A stretch of DNA of 24,000 nt, taken from sequence record NC_016435.1, one strand, 5' to 3'. A program made the translations under genes and the position numbers. The notes beneath the pieces are model-generated. The model worked only from the letters and a program-made list of their open reading frames with translations, did not search any database and was not told where the DNA came from. Below are positions 8,371-15,639 of the stretch, one piece after another. The stretch's first letter is position 1; each line of letters starts with the position of its first letter. This DNA comes from Gordonia phage GRU1.

Positions 8371-8840
8371 CGCGGCTGCTCCGATTGGGTTCCGTGGTTC
8401 TGGTTGTCGACGAGACGATCCTCGGTGAGGAAGACCTGGTCGAGAATGACCTCGCGGCCGTAGATAGTGACCAGGTCGTAGTGCCGGAACGAGTACTCCT
8501 CGGCCGCACCGGCCCCGACGTTCAGGTGGATCTCGCCGCCGTCCATGCTGATCTGGCGCAGCTCAGCGATCACGATCTTGACCGACATCTCGTCGTCACC
8601 GAAGCGCTTCGGGAATCGGATGTACCGGCCGATGTCGCGGGCCATCAGCTCACAGGCGTAGACCTGGACGGCGCAATCCCCGAGTGACCGAGCAGGCTCC
8701 TGACGAGCCACCCATCCGCCACTCCGTATCGTCGCGGCGGCGATCGTGACCGTCGAGTTCGGCCCGTCGAGGTTGTCCATCATGTTCAGCTCGTCGGCCA
8801 TCCGGTCCCGGTCGGCCTTCTTCTTGCGTGCAGATGCCAT
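8367..8840 (-). CDS. Hypothetical protein (MASARKKKADRDRMADELNMMDNLDG...)
   Basis: Coherent ORF in the operon. Confidence 0.8.
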   Translation of the reverse strand: MASARKKKADRDRMADELNMMDNLDGPNSTVTIAAATIRSGGWVARQEPARSLGDCAVQVYACELMARDIGRYIRFPKRFGDDEMSVKIVIAELRQISMDGGEIHLNVGAGAAEEYSFRHYDLVTIYGREVILDQVFLTEDRLVDNQNHGTQSEQPR

Positions 8841-8843
8841 GTG

Positions 8844-9839
8844 TCAGCCGATCTTCTTGATGCGGGCGACCGCGACGGAACGGAAGCCGCCGCCGGTCTG
8901 GATGAAATGGAGAATGCGTAGGTCTTCGCCGTTCTCCTCGGGGTCGAAGTCCGCGGGTGTGATGTGCGGCGGGTACTTCTCGGCCGAGCCGTCGACGATC
9001 GCGGAGTCCAGCGCGCCGGACAGCGAGTTGAGCCACGAGATCTCGACCTTGTTGTTGGTCTTCCGGTTCACCCCGAGCTTGGTCAGGATCTCGGTGGTGC
9101 TCAGCGGGGACGCCACGGCCGACCAGTTCCGATGCGGGTTCGTGTGCTGCTGGCGGACCGCGGCGTAGGTGTCCTGCTGGCTCCACGTCGGGTGAACGGC
9201 GTCCTTCGGTTTCGCCTTCTCGGCGGCGGCCTGGTGCCCCATGGCGTCTTTCGCCACGGCGCCGGGCTCGGCCTCGGGCACGATCCCGAAGTGTTCGGGG
9301 ACGGTGCGCTGCTCCAGATGGGCGGCACTCTCGTCATCCTCGATGGGCGGCACTGTCTCCCAGTGGGCGGCACCCTCACTCACGCTGTCGGTATGGGCGG
9401 CATCAGTGGGCGGCACATCCTGGTGGGCGGCACTATGGGCGGCACTGGTGGGCGGCACTCGCGCGCTGTCCACCTCCCCCATGTCCTCTTCGGGGGCAAC
9501 GTCGTCGGCGTCACCGCTGGTGTCGGCCGGGCCGACCACGCGGAACTCGTTCTCGATCACCTCGCGCACGTCGCCGCTGTCGGGGTCCAGCACGCGCGTG
9601 ACGCCGTCGTTGCCGGTGTAGCTGACCTGGTCGCGGTCCTTGTCGGGGTCGATCGCGTAGAAGGCCTTCAGCTCCTCCTGGTACTCCGCATCCAGCTCGC
9701 GGCGCAGGGTCACGAAGCCGAACTTGCGATTGACTTTCGGCGCCACGACGGGCTTCCAGCCGTAGTTCTTGGCGTGAGCTGTGATCTGCTCGGCGAGGTC
9801 GAGTGCGTCCGCAGCTTCCTGCGACATCTCTTGGGGCAT
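8844..9839 (-). CDS. Hypothetical protein with low-complexity AAH/VPP repeat segment; first gene of the leftward operon
   Basis: ATG at 9839 preceded by AAGGTGG. Non-repetitive N- and C-terminal portions flank the repeat region. Confidence 0.85.
   Translation of the reverse strand: MPQEMSQEAADALDLAEQITAHAKNYGWKPVVAPKVNRKFGFVTLRRELDAEYQEELKAFYAIDPDKDRDQVSYTGNDGVTRVLDPDSGDVREVIENEFRVVGPADTSGDADDVAPEEDMGEVDSARVPPTSAAHSAAHQDVPPTDAAHTDSVSEGAAHWETVPPIEDDESAAHLEQRTVPEHFGIVPEAEPGAVAKDAMGHQAAAEKAKPKDAVHPTWSQQDTYAAVRQQHTNPHRNWSAVASPLSTTEILTKLGVNRKTNNKVEISWLNSLSGALDSAIVDGSAEKYPPHITPADFDPEENGEDLRILHFIQTGGGFRSVAVARIKKIG
9319..9457. repeat. Eight copies of TGGGCGGCA (minus strand TGCCGCCCA) inside the 8844-9839 CDS
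   Basis: Copies start at 9319, 9344, 9364, 9394, 9407, 9424, 9436 and 9449. Confidence 0.95.
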
Positions 9840-9970
9840 TTTTCCACCTTGTTATCGGGTAATACCTGCATATATAACGGCGAAATCGGCTAATCGGCTG
9901 TACCGGGTACCGGGGTGGCGGGGCGCGGGGTGCGCGGGGCCTGGCGTGCGGGTCGCGTGGGTTGCTGCTG

Positions 9971-10038
9971 TCGAACCTGTGTGCGATCGAATGTCTGTTC
10001 GATGCCTCGAATGTCTGTTCGATCGAACCTGTGTTCGA
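9971..10038. promoter_or_regulatory. Array of four LexA/SOS-box-like 16-mers
   Basis: TCGAACCTGTGTGCGA (9971), TCGAATGTCTGTTCGA (9987), TCGAATGTCTGTTCGA (10007), TCGAACCTGTGTTCGA (10023, full TCGAAC-N4-GTTCGA match). Compared with the known actinobacterial LexA consensus. Confidence 0.75.
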
Positions 10039-10169
10039 TGCCGGTCACTCTGTCGCCGTACTCCGTCCGGGTGGACGTTCACCGCTTCGCCGCGGTGGCT
10101 TCCTGCTCTGACCGGTGCGCGCTAACCCTGTCGCCCCGCTTCGCCGCTATGTACTTATCAACTGCCATC

Positions 10170-10199
10170 AATGTACCGGTTGACGTCAACCGGTGTCAA
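10170..10199 (-). promoter_or_regulatory. Candidate leftward promoter TTGACA-N18-TACATT with a 20-bp palindromic operator in the spacer
   Basis: Reverse complement reads TTGACAccggttgacgtcaaccggTACATT. ACCGGTTGACGTCAACCGGT (10175-10194) is a perfect palindrome. Confidence 0.55.
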
Positions 10200-10260
10200 G
10201 TCCGGTCGTGCCGGTGTGTCCGGCCGTCGTGCCTGCTTTGCTCATGGACGACACCCTACG

Positions 10261-10280
10261 GCATGTCAGCGCTGACATGC
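10261..10280. promoter_or_regulatory. Perfect 20-bp palindrome GCATGTCAGCGCTGACATGC
   Basis: Read directly; lies between the candidate divergent promoters. Confidence 0.6.
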
Positions 10281-10317
10281 AACCCCTACATGCTCCAGCC
10301 GTGCCCTTAAATGCGAC

Positions 10318-10346
10318 TTGACGTCAACCCTCACATGTGGTTACTG
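10318..10346 (+). promoter_or_regulatory. Candidate promoter TTGACG-N17-TTACTG with TTGACGTCAA over the -35
   Basis: Same architecture as the elements at 12922, 14717 and 15370. Confidence 0.6.
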
Positions 10347-10395
10347 TGCTCTCACCGGGCCGGACACGCTGGCCCGCAACACGAAAGGCCACACC

Positions 10396-10791
10396 ATGAG
10401 CTACCGCAAGGTGTACGCACCCGACGACGCCGAAATGCTGACCGAAGCGCTGGACCGCTTGCGCGAAATCCTCGAACCGGGCAGTACCGTCGTGACGATC
10501 GTCAAGCATGTGACGGTGTCCGGCATGGGCCGGACCATCCAACCGATCACGGTTCACAACGGCGAAGTGTTCGATCTGACCGGATACGTGGCCCGCGTCG
10601 TCGGGTGGAAAGTCGACACCGATCGCGGCGGCGTCTACGTCCAGGGTTGCGGCATGGATATGGGGTTTCACCTTGTCTACACGCTGGCCCGGACGATCTA
10701 CGGCCACCTGACTCCTGAGCAAGTCCAGGGATACAGCGTCAGCGGGAACGATCGCGACGCCGGTTACCTGCTCAATCACCGGGGTATCTGA
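10396..10791 (+). CDS. Hypothetical protein (MSYRKVYAPDDAEMLTEALDRLREILEPG...GCGMDMGFHLVYTLARTIYG)
   Basis: CGAAAGG RBS, coherent sequence. The GCGMDMGFHLVY signature resembles widespread actinobacterial phage/mobile-element proteins. Confidence 0.85.
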   Translation: MSYRKVYAPDDAEMLTEALDRLREILEPGSTVVTIVKHVTVSGMGRTIQPITVHNGEVFDLTGYVARVVGWKVDTDRGGVYVQGCGMDMGFHLVYTLARTIYGHLTPEQVQGYSVSGNDRDAGYLLNHRGI

Positions 10792-10792
10792 C

Positions 10793-11200
10793 ATGCTGAC
10801 GTCGACACTCACCGAACGTGTGACGACCGGCGCGCTGGACGTCGAAATCCGGATCCCCGCCGTGCAAGCGCGCGGCGCGATGGCCACGGCCGCGGGGTAT
10901 GCGTGGCAGATCATCACCGATGACGACGCCGCTGGAGATCCCCGAGTGCGAGTGATCTGCCACGGCCGCCGGATCTCGGCTGTATTCGATCGCTGGCAGT
11001 ATCCCCGGGCCGATGTCTACACCGCCGTTGGCCGCGCCGCCGTGGCCGCTCTCACCGGCGCGCGCACGGTATCGCTGGCCCACGTTCCCGCCGGGCCGGA
11101 CATGTCGGGGTACGTCGGCCGGGCACCGGTCGCCGATAGCGCGCGGCCATACGGCGACACACACGCACGGTTTTACGCCGTGACCGATCTCGAAATCTGA
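10793..11200 (+). CDS. Hypothetical protein
   Basis: Coherent ORF, 1-bp gap from the previous gene. Start uncertain (no clear RBS; alternative GTG starts downstream). Confidence 0.65.
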   Translation: MLTSTLTERVTTGALDVEIRIPAVQARGAMATAAGYAWQIITDDDAAGDPRVRVICHGRRISAVFDRWQYPRADVYTAVGRAAVAALTGARTVSLAHVPAGPDMSGYVGRAPVADSARPYGDTHARFYAVTDLEI

Positions 11201-11211
11201 AAGGCCGGAAC

Positions 11212-11445
11212 GTGAGTCATTACGTCCACACGCTGACCGACATCGAAAAGGTGTGCGGGGTAACCCTCGACACCGTCGCCGCCGAACTGCCCCGGGTGGC
11301 CATCCGGCCCAACGGCGCCGTATGGATCTCGGCTGACCTACCTCCAGCCGTCGCCGGGTCGGTCGCACGCGCGGCCGTCGGCGGGCCGATCAAGTTCTCT
11401 CATCTGGCCCTATCCGGCACGATCGCCGTTTACTACCCCTCATAG
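11212..11445 (+). CDS. Small hypothetical protein
   Basis: GTG start preceded by GAAAGGCCGGAAC. Confidence 0.7.
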   Translation: MSHYVHTLTDIEKVCGVTLDTVAAELPRVAIRPNGAVWISADLPPAVAGSVARAAVGGPIKFSHLALSGTIAVYYPS

Positions 11446-11470
11446 ATCACCCTCACTCGAAAGGCTCGTC

Positions 11471-12202
11471 ATGCTGCACACACTCACTCACCGCTTCGGA
11501 TCTCGGACCGCTGCACACACCGCGCGAACGTGCGTCATCTTCCAGCGATCGGGTTTCGGCCACGCCACGCCGAAAGTCGCCGACGACGCTGGAGGCCGTT
11601 TCGGCGGCCAGCCGGTGCCGTGGTTTCACGTCGCCGGTGATGGCCGCGGGCCGAAGGTGGACCGCTCCAGGTGGCTCGGTTTCTACACACCGGCCGGGGC
11701 ACGTAACCGGCTCCAGGAACTACGCAACCGGGCCACGCATTCCCGACGGCGGCCGTCGGCGGGTGAGATCATCACCGGCCCGCTGGCCTTGCACGTTCAT
11801 GACGACGGCGCCACGCGCGTAACCGTCGACTGGAGATCCCGCGACGGTGTCGAGTACTTCGACGATCTCGTGGTGATCGACTTCGCGCGGTCCGGTTTCG
11901 TCCATGGCAACGGCGTGGTGGAAGTCGGCGATGCGCTGGAGTACCTGAGCAGGATCGACAACGCCGCGCGACGTGAACCGGGGTACCCCGAAATCCGCTG
12001 GAGCGCTGGCCATGACTCCGCCGGGTGGATCGATACCGGCGACGTCTGGTCAGACGGTCGGTTGATCTCGTCGGTTGTCCGGTGTGGGGAATGCGGCCGC
12101 TCGTGGGATGACGCCATCGCGACGAGCTGCACACCGACACCGGCGGGCCGGTGTCCATTCGAGTACGATCACGGCCGCTCACTCGTGGCCATGTACAGCT
12201 GA
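11471..12202 (+). CDS. Hypothetical protein with C-terminal CGEC...C
   Basis: CGAAAGG RBS. Coherent 243-aa ORF. Confidence 0.8.
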   Translation: MLHTLTHRFGSRTAAHTARTCVIFQRSGFGHATPKVADDAGGRFGGQPVPWFHVAGDGRGPKVDRSRWLGFYTPAGARNRLQELRNRATHSRRRPSAGEIITGPLALHVHDDGATRVTVDWRSRDGVEYFDDLVVIDFARSGFVHGNGVVEVGDALEYLSRIDNAARREPGYPEIRWSAGHDSAGWIDTGDVWSDGRLISSVVRCGECGRSWDDAIATSCTPTPAGRCPFEYDHGRSLVAMYS

Positions 12203-12231
12203 AATCGACTGAAACGAAAGGCAATAGAGAC

Positions 12232-12918
12232 ATGCGCATCACTACCCCCGACGGCCGGATCCTCGGACACGTCACACTCACCGGCGATGACGTCGCCACG
12301 CTGGCCGCCGGTGTGGCCGACACCGTCGACGATCGTGCCCGTCGGCTCATCGCTGACACCCGGCGCGCGGCCATCGCTTCGGCGGGTGGCTGGACACCCG
12401 GCCCGCGACAGCACACAACGCCGCTGGAGATCCCCGACCGGCCGCGCCGTCGGCGGCCGTGGTGGCTGTATCTCGTCGTCGCGCTCGTGGTCGTCGGTGT
12501 GCTCGTGGCCATCGCTGACGGCGACGAGACTGCACCGACCTCGGCACCGTCGGCGGGTATGACGACGATCGCGCCGCAACCGATCAACGCGCCGCGCGCT
12601 ATGCCCGGGCCGGATGGATCGATCGTCATCGGGTCGACGGCGGTCGACAACGTCTATCGCGAAGGATCACCGTTGCGGAAGCGCTTCGCCGCTTCGCTCA
12701 TCTCCGACGGCGTCGCTGGCACCGTCGGGACAGAGCTGGACGCCAACGTGCGCGCGGGGATCTCCTTTTGCCACGCGATGGCCCGCGGGGATCTCCACGC
12801 CGTGCGACAGATGGCCGTTGTGACCGGTACGGCGGCCGGTGCCGAAAGCTACGGGATAGGGAAGCAACAACGCGCGATCGTCACCGGCGCGCTGGCCGCG
12901 TTGTGCCCGGCGTTGTAA
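12232..12918 (+). CDS. Membrane-anchored protein with DUF732-like C-terminal domain
   Basis: CGAAAGG RBS. TM segment WWLYLVVALVVVGVLVAIA. C-terminal FAASLISDGV...ISFCHAMARGD...ALCP resembles DUF732. Confidence 0.75.
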   Translation: MRITTPDGRILGHVTLTGDDVATLAAGVADTVDDRARRLIADTRRAAIASAGGWTPGPRQHTTPLEIPDRPRRRRPWWLYLVVALVVVGVLVAIADGDETAPTSAPSAGMTTIAPQPINAPRAMPGPDGSIVIGSTAVDNVYREGSPLRKRFAASLISDGVAGTVGTELDANVRAGISFCHAMARGDLHAVRQMAVVTGTAAGAESYGIGKQQRAIVTGALAALCPAL

Positions 12919-12921
12919 CGC

Positions 12922-12950
12922 TTGACGTCAAGTCTTACTTGCCGTAACGT
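12922..12950 (+). promoter_or_regulatory. Candidate promoter TTGACG-N17-TAACGT with TTGACGTCAA operator
   Basis: TTGACGTCAAGTCTTACTTGCCGTAACGT, starts 4 bp after the stop of the previous gene. Confidence 0.7.
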
Positions 12951-12991
12951 CATCGGTGTCAGCAGGAAACCACCAACGAAAGGCCCGGACC

Positions 12992-13270
12992 ATGAGCTAC
13001 AGCGGACGCAACTCCGACGACGGACTGACCTATAACCACGTAACCATCGCCGGACGCCACACCGGCCGTCTGACGATCGCGAACGATCGCGGTGACCGCT
13101 TCGCCATCGATCCGGTCACGTCCGGTTCGTCGGTGTGGCGCGTAACCGACGTCGCCGATCGTCGCACCCGTCCGAGTCAGCGGCCGGTTTTCCACACCGG
13201 TAGCCGCGACGAGTGTGCAGACTTCGCCATCGATCGGCTTATCGATCTCCAGGCGTGTGGCCAGCTCTGA
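12992..13270 (+). CDS. Hypothetical protein (MSYSGRNSDDGLTYNHVTIAG...)
   Basis: ACGAAAGG RBS after the promoter cassette. Confidence 0.75.
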   Translation: MSYSGRNSDDGLTYNHVTIAGRHTGRLTIANDRGDRFAIDPVTSGSSVWRVTDVADRRTRPSQRPVFHTGSRDECADFAIDRLIDLQACGQL

Positions 13271-13349
13271 CCGATCTCGGCACCGGCGTCGACGTGGCGC
13301 CGGTGCCATCCTTCCCCACTACCCCGACCGACCTTGAAAGGCTCCAGCC

Positions 13350-13919
13350 ATGAAACTGCACACCGACACGCTGACGATCTCGGATCTGCACGACGCCGTC
13401 GACTTCGTGAATGAGCACATCACCCGCGACGTGACACACCGGCCGATCGTCGGTGTGAGCCTGCACCGTGACTCACAGCACAACTCCAGGTCCCGGCGCC
13501 GCGCGTTCGATGTGATCCTGTCCGGTGATGCGTCCAGCCGGATCAATACCGGGTGGCGTGGCGGGCCGTCCGATGAGCCACACGCCGCGACGTGGGATCA
13601 ATGGGGAGCTTTCCTGTCTCGGTTGTTCGATGCCGACGACACGCTGACCATCCCGGGGATCTACGTCGACGCTGATCATTTCCGTTGGGCCACGTGCGAG
13701 CATTACAGCCCGGTGATCGGACTTGCCCCCGGCGCGCACTATCACCGGCGCCACGGCTGGACGCCGGTAGGCGATTCGGCCGCGGGCAGTTACGGCGTGT
13801 GGGTATGCGGCGACGGCGCGACAGTCGGCCGCGACAGTTGCGGCGCGGGTATGCGGCGGTTGTACACGCGCCGCTCGTGGGCCGATGTCCGCGAAGGATG
13901 GAAGGCCCTGAACTCGTGA
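13350..13919 (+). CDS. Hypothetical protein
   Basis: TGAAAGG RBS. Coherent ORF ending RRSWADVREGWKALNS. Confidence 0.8.
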   Translation: MKLHTDTLTISDLHDAVDFVNEHITRDVTHRPIVGVSLHRDSQHNSRSRRRAFDVILSGDASSRINTGWRGGPSDEPHAATWDQWGAFLSRLFDADDTLTIPGIYVDADHFRWATCEHYSPVIGLAPGAHYHRRHGWTPVGDSAAGSYGVWVCGDGATVGRDSCGAGMRRLYTRRSWADVREGWKALNS

Positions 13920-14083
13920 GGGCGACCGAACGCCGCGCGCTGGCCCGCATCACCGCCGACGCACTATCCGGCGTCGTGCGTATCCCTGACGGCACACCGG
14001 CCTACTTCCAGGCCCTAGCAGAACTGCACACGGCACGCGCACACCGGCGCGCGCTGACACCCTCGAAAGGATCGAAGCGATGA
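13916..14083 (+). CDS. Small (55 aa) hypothetical protein
   Basis: GTG at 13916 overlaps the previous stop by 4 bp; ends 4 bp into the next gene. Confidence 0.65.
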   Translation: MRATERRALARITADALSGVVRIPDGTPAYFQALAELHTARAHRRALTPSKGSKR

Positions 14084-14649
14084 GCAGCACACCGAAGTAC
14101 AGCGGGCCGGACTGGATCACCCGCGACGCCGATCTCATCGGCATGGACGTCGACGAGTACCGGACGGCCACGGCACTGGAAGCGGCGTGTGGACCGGGCC
14201 ACGCCGTGACCTACATCGATCGTGTCCAGTCGATTGTCCGCGGGTACCTGGACGCTCTGTTGTGGACGCAAGCCGATCACTCGCAAGGCGACGCCGACGA
14301 CCCGGAAGACACAACGTTGATGGACACCGGTTACACCGCCGATGACGTCGACGCGGACACGCGCGGCCGGATCACCGCCGAAGTGATGGCGATCATCACC
14401 GCGCACCCGCTGGCCGTGCGCATGTACGCCGCGCAACGCCGCCACAACGCCGCCGACGGCAACGTGTGGGAACACTTCGGCCATGACTTCCTGCTCACTC
14501 GCGACGGCCACGGCGCCGGTTTCTGGGATCGAGGTTTGGGGGATCTCGGCGACTACCTGACGACGATCGCGAAAGGCTACGGCGACCATGACGAGCTGTA
14601 CCCCGCGACGATCGACGGCCGCGACGTACTGACCGACGGCGGCGAGTAA
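14080..14649 (+). CDS. Hypothetical protein resembling phage/mobile-element family (HDFLLTRDGHGAGFWDRG)
   Basis: CGAAAGG RBS inside the preceding gene. Signature segment GHDFLLTRDGHGAGFWDR. Confidence 0.85.
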   Translation: MSSTPKYSGPDWITRDADLIGMDVDEYRTATALEAACGPGHAVTYIDRVQSIVRGYLDALLWTQADHSQGDADDPEDTTLMDTGYTADDVDADTRGRITAEVMAIITAHPLAVRMYAAQRRHNAADGNVWEHFGHDFLLTRDGHGAGFWDRGLGDLGDYLTTIAKGYGDHDELYPATIDGRDVLTDGGE

Positions 14650-14655
14650 CCGATC

Positions 14656-14673
14656 TGACAACGCGCGTTGTCA
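14656..14673. other. Perfect 18-bp palindrome TGACAACGCGCGTTGTCA, possible hairpin/operator
   Basis: Immediately 3' of the 14649 stop. Confidence 0.55.
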
Positions 14674-14677
14674 CATA

Positions 14678-14709
14678 GTGCCCCGACTCTGGCAACGGCG
14701 CCGGGGCAC
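14678..14709 (+). terminator. Hairpin GTGCCCCG...CGGGGCAC, possible transcription insulator upstream of the next promoter
   Basis: 8-bp perfect stem; no strong U-tract. Confidence 0.4.
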
Positions 14710-14716
14710 CGGTGTA

Positions 14717-14745
14717 TTGACGTCAACCCTCACATGCCGTAATGT
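14717..14745 (+). promoter_or_regulatory. Candidate promoter TTGACG-N17-TAATGT with TTGACGTCAA operator
   Basis: TTGACGTCAACCCTCACATGCCGTAATGT. Confidence 0.75.
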
Positions 14746-14783
14746 CTCACCTGTCAGCAGGAAACCCCACGAAAGGCCAGACC

Positions 14784-15314
14784 ATGAGCTTCCTTCCCGC
14801 ACCGATCGGACCCGTTGCCCCGACCGTCGTCGACGCCATCCGCGCGGAGATCGTCGCCGCCGATCGCGCGTACTCGAATAGCCTGGACAACCGGGTGCGC
14901 TGGAGCAACTTGGTTGCGGCCTACCGGACGGCGTACGCCGCGGCCGTCGACGCCGCTAACTCACTGGCACCCGGTGCCGACGATCTCGTCGACGAGCTGG
15001 AGCGTTGGGCCGACGAGATGGACGTTGTCCTAGCGTGGCCGCTGACCATGGGAATGGTCTACCGCGCGCTGGCCGCAAACGATTACGTGACCGACATGAC
15101 GCTACACACCACGATCACCGGCGCGCGATGGATTGCGATTGACGTCGACGAGAACGGCACGTTTGACGGATGGATCGACGCCGCGCCGTCGGACCCCGGC
15201 GTGGTCGTCGTGCGCGGTTTCGGTTCGCTCCAGGATCGACGGTTCATCGCCGAGACGCTGACCGATCTCGTCGACTATGTCGCCGGTCGTCTCGTCATGC
15301 GGTCAGCCATCTGA
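14784..15314 (+). CDS. Hypothetical protein (MSFLPAPIGPVAPTVVDAIRAEIV...)
   Basis: ACGAAAGG RBS after the promoter/leader cassette. Confidence 0.8.
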   Translation: MSFLPAPIGPVAPTVVDAIRAEIVAADRAYSNSLDNRVRWSNLVAAYRTAYAAAVDAANSLAPGADDLVDELERWADEMDVVLAWPLTMGMVYRALAANDYVTDMTLHTTITGARWIAIDVDENGTFDGWIDAAPSDPGVVVVRGFGSLQDRRFIAETLTDLVDYVAGRLVMRSAI

Positions 15315-15369
15315 CAACGTTGGTAGTCGGTTGCCCCGGTCCAGGTCAGCGGGCCGGGGTATCGTCGGC

Positions 15370-15398
15370 TTGACGTCAAGTCTGACTTACCGTAATGT
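15370..15398 (+). promoter_or_regulatory. Candidate promoter TTGACG-N17-TAATGT with TTGACGTCAA operator
   Basis: TTGACGTCAAGTCTGACTTACCGTAATGT. Confidence 0.75.
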
Positions 15399-15436
15399 CT
15401 CTCTTGTCAGACACCGACACCGACGAAAGGCCAGCC

Positions 15437-15550
15437 ATGTACCTGCTCCAGACGGCAACCGAGACCATCGCCTACGCCACCTATGAACTGGCCCGGGCTG
15501 CACAACTCGCGCACCCGGACCGCGCCGGATCGTCCATCACCGCGGCCTAA
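15437..15550 (+). CDS. Small (37 aa) hypothetical protein MYLLQTATETIAYATYELARAAQLAHPDRAGSSITAA
   Basis: Not in the ORF track. ATG 7 nt after CGAAAGG, directly downstream of a strong promoter/leader cassette. Confidence 0.6.
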   Translation: MYLLQTATETIAYATYELARAAQLAHPDRAGSSITAA

Positions 15551-15639
15551 CGGCCCGGCCGGGTGGCCGCTGCACCGGCGGCCACCCGCACAACTGACCA
15601 CAATCGTGGTCAGATCGATTACCCCGAAAGGATCTCGAC

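Noticed and set aside
9319-9457. CRISPR-like array
   Set aside because: The repeated unit is only 9 bp with irregular 12-30 bp spacing, inside a coding region, and no cas operon. The Cas4-like nuclease at 2266-3447 is a typical phage recombination nuclease rather than evidence of CRISPR.
8964-9893. 309-aa plus-strand ORF
   Set aside because: Antisense to the 8844-9839 gene; the repeated HILVGGTMGG-like peptide is a by-product of the TGGGCGGCA repeats.
9915-10310. 131-aa plus-strand ORF over the control region
   Set aside because: Covers the SOS-box array and palindromes; its repeated R/S/V/N/L/C/S/M peptides derive from the boxes; no typical RBS.
11772-12650. 292-aa minus-strand ORF
   Set aside because: Antisense to two plus-strand genes with good RBSs; Ser/Arg/Thr-rich low-complexity.
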